This document shows positions 12,175 to 24,596 of a DNA stretch of 64,000 bases, piece after piece (the first letter of the stretch is position 1; every line of letters begins with the position of its first letter). The position numbers were made by a program, and so were the translations under genes. The DNA is taken from NCBI RefSeq assembly GCF_009914755.1, contig NC_060944.1; one strand, given 5' to 3'. The stretch comes from the human T2T-CHM13v2.0 reference genome, Homo sapiens. The notes below the pieces were generated by a model, which saw nothing but the letters and a program-made list of their open reading frames with translations, made no database searches and was not told where the DNA came from.

Positions 12175-12260
12175 TTTTTTTTTGAGACAGGAGGACCCCT
12201 TGAGCCCAGGAAGCTGCAGTGAACCAAGGTCATGCCACTGCACTCCAGCCTGGGTGACAG
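12175..12260. mobile_element. Rearranged AluJ-like fragment (antisense tail fused to sense right arm)
   Basis: T9-GAGACAGG joined directly to AGGACCCCTTGAGCCCAGG...CACTCCAGCCTGGGTGACAG. Confidence 0.8.
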
Positions 12261-12826
12261 CCAAACCTATCTGCATAAGGTGGTCCCTGAGCACAGCCGT
12301 GGTTTCTGCACCATGGTGGCCCTTGTCCCTCAGCCTGCAGTGGACACAGTGGATGTTGTCCCCAAGCTCCTGTTGTCTGGAGCCTTTCTAGACACCCGTG
12401 ACCCATGGACCAGCCCAGAGACCTCAAGGGTCACGGCAACAAGCGTATTGTGGGAAGGGAGGGCCGAGATGACGCCGGCTGCAGAGACTGGCCAGAGCCA
12501 GAGCCAGATGCTGGAGAGTCTCATGGGTCCCAAGGTGCCCACAGGGCAGAAAAGCCCACACGTGGTGATGGGAGGGCGACCTGGACCACACACGTGAACT
12601 GACGCTCAGCCGCAGAGTCCTGGGGCCATCACGGCAGCCCCGCAAGGGCTCTCAAGGTCCTGGTTTCCCAATGGTCACACCGAGGCAGAGAAAACTGAAG
12701 CGTGGACCACTGTGGCCCGAGGCCAGACCCCAACCTCGCCGGGCTTGGAATTAACCCCGGGTAGATGGCGGCACGGGCTTAGCTGACCTTTTCCAACGTC
12801 TCATCAGCCCCAGGGCTCCTTGCTGT

Positions 12827-12900
12827 TAGGGTCTCCAGGTTTAGCAAATGAAAAAACAGGTGCCCAGTTAAATTTGAATTCCAGAAAAACAAGAAATTCT
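12827..12900. mobile_element. MER53 (hAT-type MITE), one arm, interrupted by an Alu
   Basis: tagggtctccaggtttagcaaatgaaaaaacaggtgcccagttaaatttgaattccagaaaaacaa matches the recalled MER53 terminal inverted repeat. Confidence 0.75.
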
Positions 12901-13208
12901 TTTTTTTGTATGTGTGTGTTTTGTTTTGTTTTTTGTTTTTTTGAGAAGGAGCCTCACTCTGTCGCCCAGGCGGGAGTGCAGTGATTCCATCTTGGCTCAC
13001 TGCAACCACTGCCTCCTGAGTTCAAGTGATTTTCCTGCTTCAGCCTCCCAAGTAGCTGGGACTATAAGCGTGCGTCACCACGCCCGGCTAATTTTTGTTT
13101 TAGTAGAGATGGGGTTTCACCATATTGGCCAGGCTGGTCTCAAGCTCCTGACCTCAGGTGATCCACCCAGCACTTTGGAATCCCAGGTGTGAGCCACCGT
13201 GCCCGACC
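12901..13208 (-). mobile_element. AluS with an internal micro-inversion
   Basis: Full antisense Alu; TSD GAAATTCTTT on both sides; rearranged at 13166-13186. Confidence 0.95.
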
Positions 13209-14133
13209 CATGAAATTCTTTTTTCATATAACCACATCTCACACCTGCACAGGGCATCCTTCATGCAAACCTCGGGGTGGGGCCGGCGTCCTATTCTCCA
13301 GCGTCTCTGCCCCAAGTCGAGTGGATGAGACAGGACCTCCCAGCTCCTCCTCCCTCCCAGGTATGTTTAGCTTGTCATTCCACACTTACTTGTGGCAGGT
13401 GGCTGTCCTCAGCCCAAGGTCACGTCATGAATATTCTGGTTTGGGCGTGGGAGCCTGGGGATGAATCACAGGCCAGATTAGCAGCCCCTCAACCCTCTCG
13501 CACCAAATCAAGGGCCAGCAGGCCTACGTCAACGTAATAAACGTAAACCCCTTCTCTGCCAAAAAAGAAGGCTGGATGAGTCCTCCCTGAGTCACCCAGA
13601 ACATCTACTAGTCACAGCCAGTTATTAACTCCCTTCCCGGGAGCCACCGCTGCAGGAACATGGCAGCAGGGCAGACATGGATGGGGCTGGGGCCTTGGTC
13701 CCCCTCCCGGCTCAGGCCACTGCACAGCCGTCCTGCCCCAAGGCCCTCTCTACATGCTTGATGGGCGCCACCGGGCACTGGGGGGCAGGAGGCAGAGGAG
13801 GGAATGGAGGTGAGCCACACAGGGGGGCCGGACTCCAGAGCCCAAGGAAGCTCGCCTCTGGAGGCTTTGTTACCCACATGTTCCTGAGGGGCCCTGCCAG
13901 GAGGACCGTCCCCTGAAGGGAGAGGAGGCCTCAGACAGGCCGGGGATGCCCAACACAGCTGTGGAGCCATGGAAATTACACAACTCAGTAAATCAGAACA
14001 AAACCCAAGGAGAGAGACGAGCAAAAGTGAGAAAGGCCAGGGGAGAGGCCAGCGGCGGCCACTGAGGGCTGTCAGGATGAACGCAGGCCACAGGCTGCAG
14101 TGTGGAGAATGGAGAGAGGCCAGGGAGGTCACC

Positions 14134-14259
14134 GAGAGTGAAGTATTTGGGGAGATAGCGGGAGGCACGTCCCACCCTGGAGCCATCTCGCCGGGCCTCT
14201 GAGAGCGAAGTGTTTGGGGAGACAGCAGGAGGCACGTCCCACCCCGGAGCTGTCTCGCC
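14134..14259. repeat. 67 bp two-copy tandem duplication
   Basis: gagagYgaagtRtttggggagaYagcRggaggcacgtcccacc at 14134 and 14201. Confidence 0.9.
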
Positions 14260-15484
14260 TCCTTCAGGACTGTGGGTGTCTGATTCTCCACGGCTCTTTA
14301 AACAAACTGAACCTAGAAATGGCACCAGCACCAACAGACTTGGCTATGTTTCGTGCAGTAAAGAGCGGGCAGGTGGGCCTTGGCATGGGGCTCCCAGCAG
14401 GAGGGAGGCAGCACCCCCTCTGCCCTTCTGCTCTGCTGGACAGGGAGTGGGCAGGCTCCGTCTGCATCTGGTCCTCCTCACACCCTGGGAGCTGGTTCTG
14501 TGATCATCTCCTCCTTGCAGGCAGGAAGTGGGGCTCAGGGAAGCCAAATTATCTAAGACCACATGGTTGTGGGGGCCGGGCTGGGGCCGAGGTGATGGGT
14601 CTGGTGGGCTCTGCTCCTGGGACTGTCTCTCTCAGCCTGGCCCTCAGAGCTCCCCTGAGGCCTTGTCTCGGTCCAGGGACAGCCAGAGGTGGCCAAGAAG
14701 AAGGGTTCCCTCCACTCCATCAGCCTCGTAAAAAGAGCCTCAGATGACTGTCTCTGTGTTTATAGATGCGTTGCCCCAGGATGAGAGATGCAATTCTCTG
14801 AAAGGAAGCAAATGCGATCATTATCCTCTTCACCCAGGCCTCTTTGCTGGTGGGAGGTTAGTTTTGCGTTTAATGAACATGGGCTGAGTCTCTCTAATGA
14901 GGAAGAGATGGGTGCACAGTGATTAGAAACTTGGCAGAGAAAGAAGCCATCACAGCTTCTGTGGGGAGGAGCCGCTGGGTTTGCCGTATCTGCAGACTGG
15001 CAGGAGGGCTCACAGCAGGCAGGCTGCACACTGATCTCTGAGACCCCCGCAAGCCTGAATCCCCTCGCCTGCTGCCCCAGGCTCTCAGGAGGACAAGTCC
15101 CTGGGTTTGTGGGCGACCTTTGGTTGAAGCTGGGGGGCATCCACAAAAATAAAGCAGGTCAGAAACCGTCCTGAGGGCTCCCGCAGCCTCAGCAACCCAG
15201 GACTCTTCCGCCCCACGGGACTCTTGTCCCACAGACAGGTGAGGCAGATGCAGGTAGCCACCCACCCAAGCACCCTCAGCCAGCAGAGACGCAGGAAAAT
15301 GTTTCTGCTCCACATACTCCGTTGAAATGGGCCCCACTGGGAGAGAACTTGCACTTGACCTGGGAACCACAGAGCCTGGAATTGGCAGTGAGCTTGGTGG
15401 TGCACGGTGCTGTGAACGGGGGCCTGGCAGCAGCAGGTAGGGCTGGCGCATTCCTGCCAACCCTCCGGGGGGAAAAGGCCCAGG

Positions 15485-15972
15485 AACAATGGAATATGAC
15501 TCAGCACTAAAAAGGAACGACTTTCGAGCCACAGGAAGGCGTGGAGAAACACATGCATGTCACTAAGCGACAGAAGCCAGTGTGGAAAGGCTGAGGGGAA
15601 TGTATGAGTCCAGCTATAGGACATTCTAGAAAAGGTGAATCCCTGGAGACAGTGGAGAGACCAGGAGTGGCCGAGGTTGGGGGAGCAGATAATTTTTAGG
15701 GCAGTGAAACTGTTCTGTATGATACAGCAATGGTGGATACCTGACCTTACACATTGTCCAAAGCCACAGAATGCACAAGGCCAAGCGTGCGCTCAGGTGC
15801 ACTCTGGACTTTGGTGAATAGAGATGTCTCCCCTGTGACAACGTCCCACACCAACACAAGAGGCCAATCACGGGGGAAGCCGTGTGCAGGGGAGTGGGGA
15901 ACAGGAAACTCTCTGTGCTTTCTGCTTAATTTATGTGTAAACCTAAAGCCACACCAAAAAATCAAGCCTATT
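15485..15972 (+). mobile_element. L1MC/MD-type 3' end
   Basis: acaatggaatatgactcagcactaaaaaggaa...ttttagggcagtgaaactgttctgtatgatac...aactctctgtgctttctgcttaatttatgtgtaaacctaaa. Confidence 0.85.
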
Positions 15973-16113
15973 CGTTTTTCAAAGGTGTAGGCGACAAAGC
16001 ATAAATGAAGAAACTCTGTCAGGCAGAATGCTCATGCCAGGTGCCCTCCCGATGGAGCTGGGCATCTGTGCAGTGGTGACAGAGACCTGCCCCTGAGAAT
16101 GGAGCTGGAGGGT

Positions 16114-16183
16114 CCACGGGTCAGTGTCCTCACCTGCCTGCCAGTGGGCCCGCGGATCAGTCTCCTCACCTGCCTGCCAGTGG
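16114..16183. repeat. 36 bp two-copy tandem duplication
   Basis: tcagtStcctcacctgcctgccagtgg at 16121 and 16157. Confidence 0.85.
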
Positions 16184-16564
16184 CACTCATCTCTGAACAT
16201 AACCATAAAAATCACATTCCCCAAGGCAAACAGCAAAGCCTCGGCCCCATACGCTACCGTTTCCCCTGAAAAATATTTTGTCAAGTGAAACATTTGAGAA
16301 ATTAGCAAATTTTCCACTTCCAAGATCTTGCTGCAAAGTGATGATGCTTCATTCTGCCCAGAGAGCTCCACAATCACCTCCCTCTGAAAGCCCCCCTCCT
16401 TGGAGCCTCCTGGCTCCCACACAGAGGCACCGTGTGCCAGGGACTGGGCCCCATCCGGAGGCAGCTTGGACTCCACGTTTGCTCATTCTGCCAAAAAGAA
16501 TTCGTGGCAAATAACGTTCACACAAGCACAGCCAGCGGTGGGCAGAGGTGGGTGCCTGTTGGCT

Positions 16565-17935
16565 TGTTTTAATTTTTTACCATTTTTATCATGGAATATC
16601 ATATCACAGGAGAAAGTGCAAAAGTGCGTGTGTCTAAGTGACTATGAATCAGAGGCCAAATGTTGTCAGCCCTCTAGGGGCCCTCTGCGTCCCTCCCTCC
16701 AGAGAGGAACGCCATCCATGTCTTTCCTATCATTGTTCCTGACTTTATTTTTTTCCTCAGTTTTTTAATTGTGATAAAATATACGTAACATAACGTATAT
16801 GACCATTCATAGCTGACCATTCTTGCCACTCATAAGCACCCAGTTCAGGAGCATCAAGGACATTCCCATGGCTGTGCAGCCGTCGCCACCATCCATTTCC
16901 AGAACTTTTCCACCTTCCCAAACTACAGCTCTGTCCCCATTCAACACCGACTCCCCATCCCCTCCCCTCAAGCCCGGGAGACGCCTGTCTATCTTCTCTG
17001 TGAATTTGATGACTCTCGTGTTTCTTATCATTGGAATTCCAGTTCCAGTGGAATATGCATTCCATTGGTACTTGTCCTTTTGTGACGCTCATTTCATTTA
17101 GCATAACGTCCTCGAGCTTCATCCGTGCTGTCAAGGGCGACAGGCTCCCCTTCCTCTTTAAGGCTGAATCATTTTCCGCTGGATGGACGGACACATTCGC
17201 TTCTCCGTCCATCTGTCGACGGACACGCAGGTGGCCTCCACCCTCTAGCCCCTGTGAACACAGGTGTGCCAGTATTTTTTCATGTTCCTGCTTCCAATTC
17301 TCTGGAGATTGACCCAAAAGGGGGGTTTCTGGATCTCTGCTTTCTTTTACCTCTTTATATGCCTCCTAGATACCATAGTCTGCAGCTTTGCCTGTTCGTG
17401 AACTCTCTGTAAAAGGACTATTCTCAGTGTGTTCTTCTGATTTGCTGCTTTCCTGCCATCTCAGTTCTAAACTCCGTCCTCACTGCACGTGTGACTCTTG
17501 TCCACGCACGTTTGTGGCTGTGTCGCGTTCCCGGCGTGGCCACGCCGCCACGTATTGATCTGCCCGCTGCAGACACCTGGCCTATTTTCCAGGACTCTGC
17601 AGGCAGGGGCACCCTTCGCCAGAGTGTGTGCAGGGCCTTTCTGTAGTGCCCTCCCCCAGAAGCACATGGGCCCGTCGGCCCCCGCGTCCTCGGACACGCA
17701 ATGCTGTCGGTCGTTCTAACCGGGCTGTCCTGACGGGCGCGCAGCGGCATCCCACGGCAGTGTTCACGAGTGTTGCCCCGTGTGTGGGGAGGCGCCTGTT
17801 CAGCTGTGCCACCCGTTTTTCTAAGGAGTCCTCTTTTTCTTGCTGATTCAGAGTCCTTCATATTCTGGTTTTGAGTTCCTGTGAGTTTTATGAATGACCG
17901 CACCTTCACCCTCTCCCGTGTCTTCTGAGAAACAA
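16565..17935 (-). mobile_element. Nested antisense L1 3' ends (L1MB-like at about 16760-17335 inside an older L1ME-like relic)
   Basis: ttttaattgtgataaaatatacgtaacataa...ccaccatccatttccagaacttttc...tttcatttagcataacgtcctcgagcttcatccgtg; the flanks continue an older, GC-shifted L1. Confidence 0.8.
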
Positions 17936-18359
17936 AGTCATGTGTGCTGATGTTACCCGCTTCCGCTGCAGCAAAGGCTCTTGGGGGCCTTGTCTGTGAG
18001 GTCATCAGGATGGGGCTCTGGGTCAAAAGTGCTGCCCTCTGGGCATCCACCTGGGGGGATCTGAATGCCGTGGGAGTCTACTTTCCTTTTTTCCCACGTG
18101 GGCACCTGACTTTCCTGGCACCAGAACAAGAGTCCAACCTTCCCCCAATAACCTGCAACGCCACTCCCTTCATCACACATCCGCGTGCGTGGGCACGAGC
18201 ACAGGCCCCCCTCGGTGCCCAGGCGGTGTCCTACCTCGTGGGTCAGCGGCCAAGCCCCCCGCCAGCAGCTCCTCGTGCTCTGGGCAACTGCGGCCCCATA
18301 ACACGTCCCACTTGCCATCCGCTGTTGCACCGTCCACCTGCTCCTCAGGAGGGTCTGGG

Positions 18360-18790
18360 CTGCTCCCAGCCTTTCTGTACTTCTCTGTACATTTTAGAAT
18401 TGGCTTCTAAAATCAATCTCTCTCTCTCACTCTCCCCCACTGGACTTTGCTGGCACTGATGTGCATCTACAGACAGACCCAGGGAAAATGGTCACCTTCC
18501 TAACAGCAATCTTTCCAATCCATGGAAGGGATGTCTCAGGTCTTCTTCAGTGTCTCCAGATTTGTGGGTTTGCCATAAATGTGTCACATTTCTTTGCTGT
18601 TTACTCTGGTGTGGTTCATAGTTTGATGTTATTAGAAATGACGTTTCCTACATTTATTTTCTCCCTTTTTGTGGTTAATGCCCTGATTTTCTTACACTGT
18701 CTTTAACCTAGAAGCGTCAACTCTCTCGCCAATGCCCACAGTGCAGGTCACTGGGGACCCCTGAGCACAGCCACCATCCCCCGGGACAGC
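18360..18790 (-). mobile_element. Degenerate L1 ORF2 fragment
   Basis: acattttagaattggcttct...atctttccaatccatggaagggatgtctc. Confidence 0.55.
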
Positions 18791-20709
18791 GTTATTCCCC
18801 ATCCCCACCCCCGGGCCCCCACTTTCTCGCCCTCCCTAACCCTGCCCTGCTCCTGGGGTGTGGGGTGCACCCTCGTTGCCTCCCATCATGTGAAGCCTCC
18901 TTCGTCTTCCAGGTGCACTGTGAGGCTTTCTAAATGTCCTAAGTGGAAGTCTAATTTATGGAGCTCTTTTCTGCACCCATGAAGAGAATGAGACTTTCCC
19001 CCTCCAGGTGCTGCTGTGGTGTCACCGTGATGGGTTCTATCCCCTCAAGGTCCTGCTGCCATCGGGGCCACACCTGACCATTTGCTCCCGACTTGGGGCA
19101 GATTCCTTGGGGCTGGAGTGCAGGAGCCTCACCGCCAGGGGCTGCCACCCCCACCCCGGAGGGCTCACTCTAGGGCTCTGGGTCTCAATCCCCAGAGAAG
19201 GGTGCGTGGGACTCCTCCTCACTCACCCACTCACCTTTCCAACCAAAGCCGTGGACAGGCTCAGATCACTGTCCACACCCAACACCGCGCTTCCCGTGTA
19301 CTCTGCCCGTGTGGTCAGCAGGGGCCGCTCCCTCCCCTCCCCCACTCGCCCTCCTCCCCTCCTCTCCTCCCCCCGCCCCCTCATCACCCACCCGCCCGCC
19401 ACCACACAATACGGTCCCTTTCATTGTCTTGTGTTAAGGCTCTCGGGTGGGGGGGTGGTTATTACTGTCCCACTGTGTGACATCATAATAGGCTGCTGTC
19501 CCAGAAAACAAAGGCTTTCGAAGATGGCGAGGAGACACGTCCTATTTACGTCGTCACTGCCTAGACAGACGTGGAAGTGCGGGAGCAGAATAAACATCTG
19601 TATCCGGAGAGTAACAATAGCGCTGGCTGCCCTGTTATTTCCGAAGCCTGCCTAAATTATGCCCTGCGCAGCACAGAAAGGGATTTTTTGTGTATGTGCA
19701 GGTGGATTAATAAAAAACCATTGAAATGCAAAGTGAGGGCTCCTCCCTCACACCCCCTCCCCGAGAGAAGGGAATCGTCACCCAAGAACTCGCAGATCCT
19801 CTTGGGGACACATAGGCCGGGGTCGACCGTCCGCAAGCACGAGACCCAGGGCTGCAGGGGGAGGTTCCGGCTGCTGCTGTTACCGTCTTGACCCCCAAAA
19901 GACCAAAAAAGGGCCACGTGCAAATCGTAAAAATCAGATGTGAATGAACCACACGGCTCGCAAGGGTGGGAGGTTCATGCCCCAGCCCAGGGGTCTCCCA
20001 ACACCTTTACCATTGGCACCCCTGTTTTGGAAAAATAACACAGACGTTGTTCCACTACGTGGGAAATACACCCCGTGGCTGAACTCCATGGCTTCACCCG
20101 CCTCCATCGTTGGGCTGGCAAGTGTGGATTGGATCACAATGCCCACCTGAGAGGAGGCCTGTCGGGTCCCCAAGCTGCCCCTGGGCCGGGCCACCCACAC
20201 AGCAAGGGGCAGGGGCCGCCTGAAAGCACCCTGTGCTCCGGTGCGGCCCAGATGCATGCTCTGTTCAGGTGGCGTAGAGTCCTTCTGCCTCGGTGTGGCC
20301 CCAGGGTGGGTGCAGCTCAGGGAGGAGGCGCAGTGAGTCCTTCCCTCCCTCGGCCGAGCAGGGCTTTCTGCCGAAGAAGGTGTTTCCCGTCAGCGATGAA
20401 GAAGTAAGTTCGATGCTGTGGAAATGGATTCTCTGATTAAAACCAAAAAGCAAATCCAGCCCACCCGGCCATGTGCAGGGCTGTCTCCCACATAACCTGG
20501 TACTTGGTGGTGGACGGAGGAGCAGCCTCACCAGAGCACAGGGTGGGTGCAGCACTTGCTGCTGGAGACGCTGCCCCGTGTGACACGGGGTGCACGGAAG
20601 CCCCACCGTGGAAGTCACGGCTAGTTCCTGCCAGCAGCGAGTAGCAGCCAGCATTTAAAGACACGCCTGGGGGTTGAGCCCAATTTATTGTCTTTATTAA
20701 AAAGGATAT

Positions 20710-21076
20710 TGTAGTAGCCTGTTTTCACACTGCTATAAAGACATACCCGAGACTGGGTAATTTATAAAGAAAAGAGACTTAATTGACTCACAGTTCCACA
20801 TGGCTGAGGAGGCCTCAGGAAACTTACAATCACGATGGAAGGGAAAGAGACAGGTCTTACACGGTGGCAGGCGAGAGAGAGGAGTGTGTGAGAGTGCAGG
20901 GACAACTACCATTTATAAAACCATCAGATCTCATGAGAATTCACTCATTATCGTGAGAACAGCATGGGAGAAACTGCCCCCGTAATCCAATCATTTCCCA
21001 CCAGGTCTCTCCCTTAACACCTGGGGATTACAATTCAAGATGAGATTTGGGTGGGGACACAAAGCCTAACCATACA
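20710..21076 (-). mobile_element. THE1/MST (ERVL-MaLR) solo LTR
   Basis: TG...CA termini, gagactgggtaatttataaagaaaagag, gatgagatttgggtggggacaca; 5 bp TSD GATAT/GGTAT. Confidence 0.95.
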
Positions 21077-21394
21077 GGTATCAAGTGTTCCATGCTGCCC
21101 TTTGTTGAAAACTGACTTTTATGGCCCTGCCATGTGACCATGGGTGACAAATGCTATTCCCTCCCAGCTTGGGGCCACGGTTTCTCCAGCCTGTACATTA
21201 AAGCCTCATCTGTTCTTCCTCCCCAGGCCTGGAGGGCTCACCGGCCCGTGAGCCCTGTGACATTACTTCCCCTGGGCAGACTCAGGGCACCATGAAGCTT
21301 CCCACCGGGTAGGCACTCACTATGTCTGTTACGCCGGGCGCCGGCCCGAGTCCTAAAGATAGGCAGCCCTGAGGGCAGAGGCACTCACTGGAGC

Positions 21395-21560
21395 TCGTGC
21401 ACACACGTGCACACACGCAAACAGCCGGGCATGTGCACAGGAACACAAGCACACATCCACACGTAACTGTGTGCACACACATACACACATGCACAATCCC
21501 CACTGTGCACCTGAGCATCATTGTACACATGGGAAATACATCCACAAACACACACACCCA
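21395..21560. repeat. Degenerate CA-rich low-complexity tract
   Basis: Interrupted cacac/gcaca repeats. Confidence 0.8.
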
Positions 21561-21699
21561 TAACCAGGCACATGACCCGGGGCTGCCAGTGCCAGAGTGA
21601 TGCCAGCTGCGTAGGCCACACCTCAGTCTGACATATACCTTCCTGGTTCATCAGCCCCATGAGGACCCCAACTCCAGGATGTACAGCAGAAAGGAGTCT

Positions 21700-21785
21700 T
21701 CACCTGCTTCACAGATTAGGACACCGAGGCTCAGAGAGGGTTGAGTGGCTGCCTGAGGTCACACAGCAGGCAAGGCAGGGAACGG
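21700..21785. mobile_element. MIR core fragment
   Basis: acagattaggacaccgaggctcagagagggttgagtggctgcctgaggtcacacagc. Confidence 0.75.
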
Positions 21786-23504
21786 CACTGCTGCCCCTCA
21801 TTTTCTGCTGAGGAAAAGGTGGACGGGGTGCCAGCCGCAGTGAAGCCCACAGGCCCCCAGGTGCCACCTATCTTCATAGCCTGGCTTATCGTCACCCCAG
21901 GAGGAGGAAGGGCCTTAACTATGGCTTCCACATCAGATGCCAGCCCACCCTGGGTTAAGCATCTGCATGGAGCCCAGCGATGGGGACGCGATGACCACGG
22001 GCCTCAGAAGCACCCACAGCCTCGAAGGGGCCAGGACCGGCTGCACACAGCGCCAGTGACGACAACTGCTGCTGGCGGGGACCGGACGCTCAAGCCCCAG
22101 ATACACTGTAGCACATCCCCAGAGAAGCTGGACTCAGAGCTCACACTTCCCTAGAGACGGTCACGTCCAAGGCAGGATGCAGGTGTGCAGTGCAGAGCCG
22201 CTCAGAGCACCTGAGCTGCTGGAACTGGCCGGGGGTCCGGGGTCCACTCAAGGACGTTCTCCATGTGCAGCTGCCAGTGACTCCTGGGGGCTGCCGGGCT
22301 TGATCCAGTGAGAGGGTGGCCTCCCCCAAGACTAGTGCAGTAGACAAGGCCCTTTCCCGTCAGCCACCGGAGCGAGCTCACTGAGCACAGGCCATCTCCA
22401 GGGCGGTTTCAGACCTTCCGGCCCCTTTCAGGGACAGCCAGGCCTTTGTGCCCAGGACCGCTGCCCTCCAGACAGCTCCCTGTCATGTTCACGTCCAGCG
22501 CTGGCTCTGCAGACACTGGGGGCCGCCTTCACTCCTGGGGACCCCCTTCCCTGCCTCCCGCCTCTCTCCAGGCACCTGTCCCTTAGTACAGGAGCTCACA
22601 GCTCACCATGCTGCCCAGCACCCAGGCTGTACCGCCCGCAGCTGTGCAGGCACTCACAGCCAAGTACGGAGCCTTGCGGAAATTCCCCCAGATCCTGGCC
22701 CTTCACCCACACAGATCGGACCCTCAGGGGACATCGGCCACCAATAAAGGAGCCAGCCTAGATGTCATTGCAGCTGAGCCCCCATGGCCAGCTCCTTGGG
22801 TCACGGCAGCTCCATAGCAAGGGCTCCTCTCATCCCAATCCACTGGGGCCACTGCCAAGAGGAGGACACAGCCTTGGCCATCGAGGGGGATGCTCAGGTA
22901 CCAGGACCCAGGATGCGGACAGACTCCAGGGTCTCCAAGGTTCCTGCTCAGAGGTTGGCAGGGTGCTTGTCTCCAGAATGATGCCCACCTGGCGATAAGT
23001 CTCAGCAGAGCCCCCTGCAGAGTGGCCCTGGGGCTGGGTTCGGCCCCAGACGACCTGAGGAAGCTGCCAGGTAACAAAGCTGTCGGCATCCCCAGAGCCC
23101 AGCGGGCAAAGATAGCCAAGAATCTACCACCAACTGGCGGCCAAGATTGCCTGTGGGTCATGCAGCAGGTTCACGTCCCTGTTTTAACTTTTAAGAAACC
23201 ACCTTAGTAAAGGTTGTACTGATAAACCGAGCAAAGACTGGGCCCGTGCCCCTGCCCCAGCGGACTACAGCCTGAAGGAGGGGCCCTGGAAACCCAGGAG
23301 CTCCTGTGCCAGCTCCGGGCACTTGACCATCGCCCACCAGGTTTGTCCCCTCGGCTCCTTCCTTCCGTGCCTCACGGTCGGCCTTCGCCTTGACGTGCAT
23401 GCCAGGATGCATGACCACTGGGCAGGCAAGTGCACCCCTGGGTGCGGCAGGAAGAAATGGCCCCTTGTAAATCCCACAGGCGAGGAGGCCACACTCGTGC
23501 GGGG

Positions 23505-24035
23505 GTGGGGCCCACAGAGGGAAGCAGGGCCATAGAGGAGGCGGGGCCACAGGGGAGGCAGGGCCTGAGGGGAGGAGGGGCCTGGATGGGGAGGCGGGGC
23601 CCCAGGGGAGGCGGGGCCTTAGAGGAGACACGGCCCGGAGAGGTGGCAGGGCCCAGAGAGGAGGCAGGGCCCAGAAAGAAGGCAGGGCCACAGGGGAGGC
23701 GGGGCCCAGAGGGGAGGCGGGGCCACAGGGGAGGCGGGGCCCAGAGGGGAGGCAGGGCCCAGAGAGGAGGCGGGGCCACAGGGGAGGCGGGGCCCAGAGG
23801 GGAGGCGGGGCCCGGAGGGGAGGCGGGTCCCGGAGGGGAGGCAGGGCCACAGGGGAGGCAGGGCCCAGAGAGAAGGTGGGGCCACAGGGGAGGCAGGGCC
23901 CAGAGAGAAGGCGGGGCCACAGGGGAGGCGGGGCCCGGAGGGGAGGCGGGGCCCGGAGGGGTGGCAGGGCCCAGAGAGGAGGCGGGGCCGTAGGGGAGGC
24001 GGGGCCCAGAGGGGAGGCAGGGCCCAGAGGGGGCG
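23505..24035. repeat. G-rich minisatellite with 17-19 bp units
   Basis: Alternating variants GGGCCCAGAGGGGAGGC(G/A)G and GGGCCACAGGGGAGGC(G/A)G, roughly 28 units. Confidence 0.95.
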
Positions 24036-24305
24036 GTAGCCCCGCCAAGTCTTGGGGGCCTCTCTTGCTGCCAAGCAGGAGGCCTGGGCTGGCTGCTCTG
24101 TCTCTGGAATGCGCTGTTCCCACCACTTGGCAACGCCTCAGAGGGCAACACGGCCCTGCCCAGTGGGGAGAGGGCTCCAGCTGCCCACCCTCTGGCCCTG
24201 GGTAGGGGAGGATGAAGGTGGCCTGGCTTCCCCGTAGGACCAGATGCCAAAAGGTAACTGTCCCCTAAAGAGCAGTGAGGGCCTACTTGCTGATGAAAAG
24301 CCTAA

Positions 24306-24596
<291 letters not shown>

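Noticed and set aside
12827-12900. MER53-derived miR-1302-like hairpin
   Set aside because: Only one arm is present and it is interrupted by an Alu, so no hairpin can form.
20795-20815. PRDM9 hotspot motif in the THE1-like LTR
   Set aside because: The minus strand reads CCTCCTCAGCCAT, not the hotspot-associated CCTCCCTNNCCAC.
23191-24250. Pro/Gly-rich collagen-like ORFs
   Set aside because: Translations of a G-rich VNTR, with no sustained Gly-X-Y register or exon structure.
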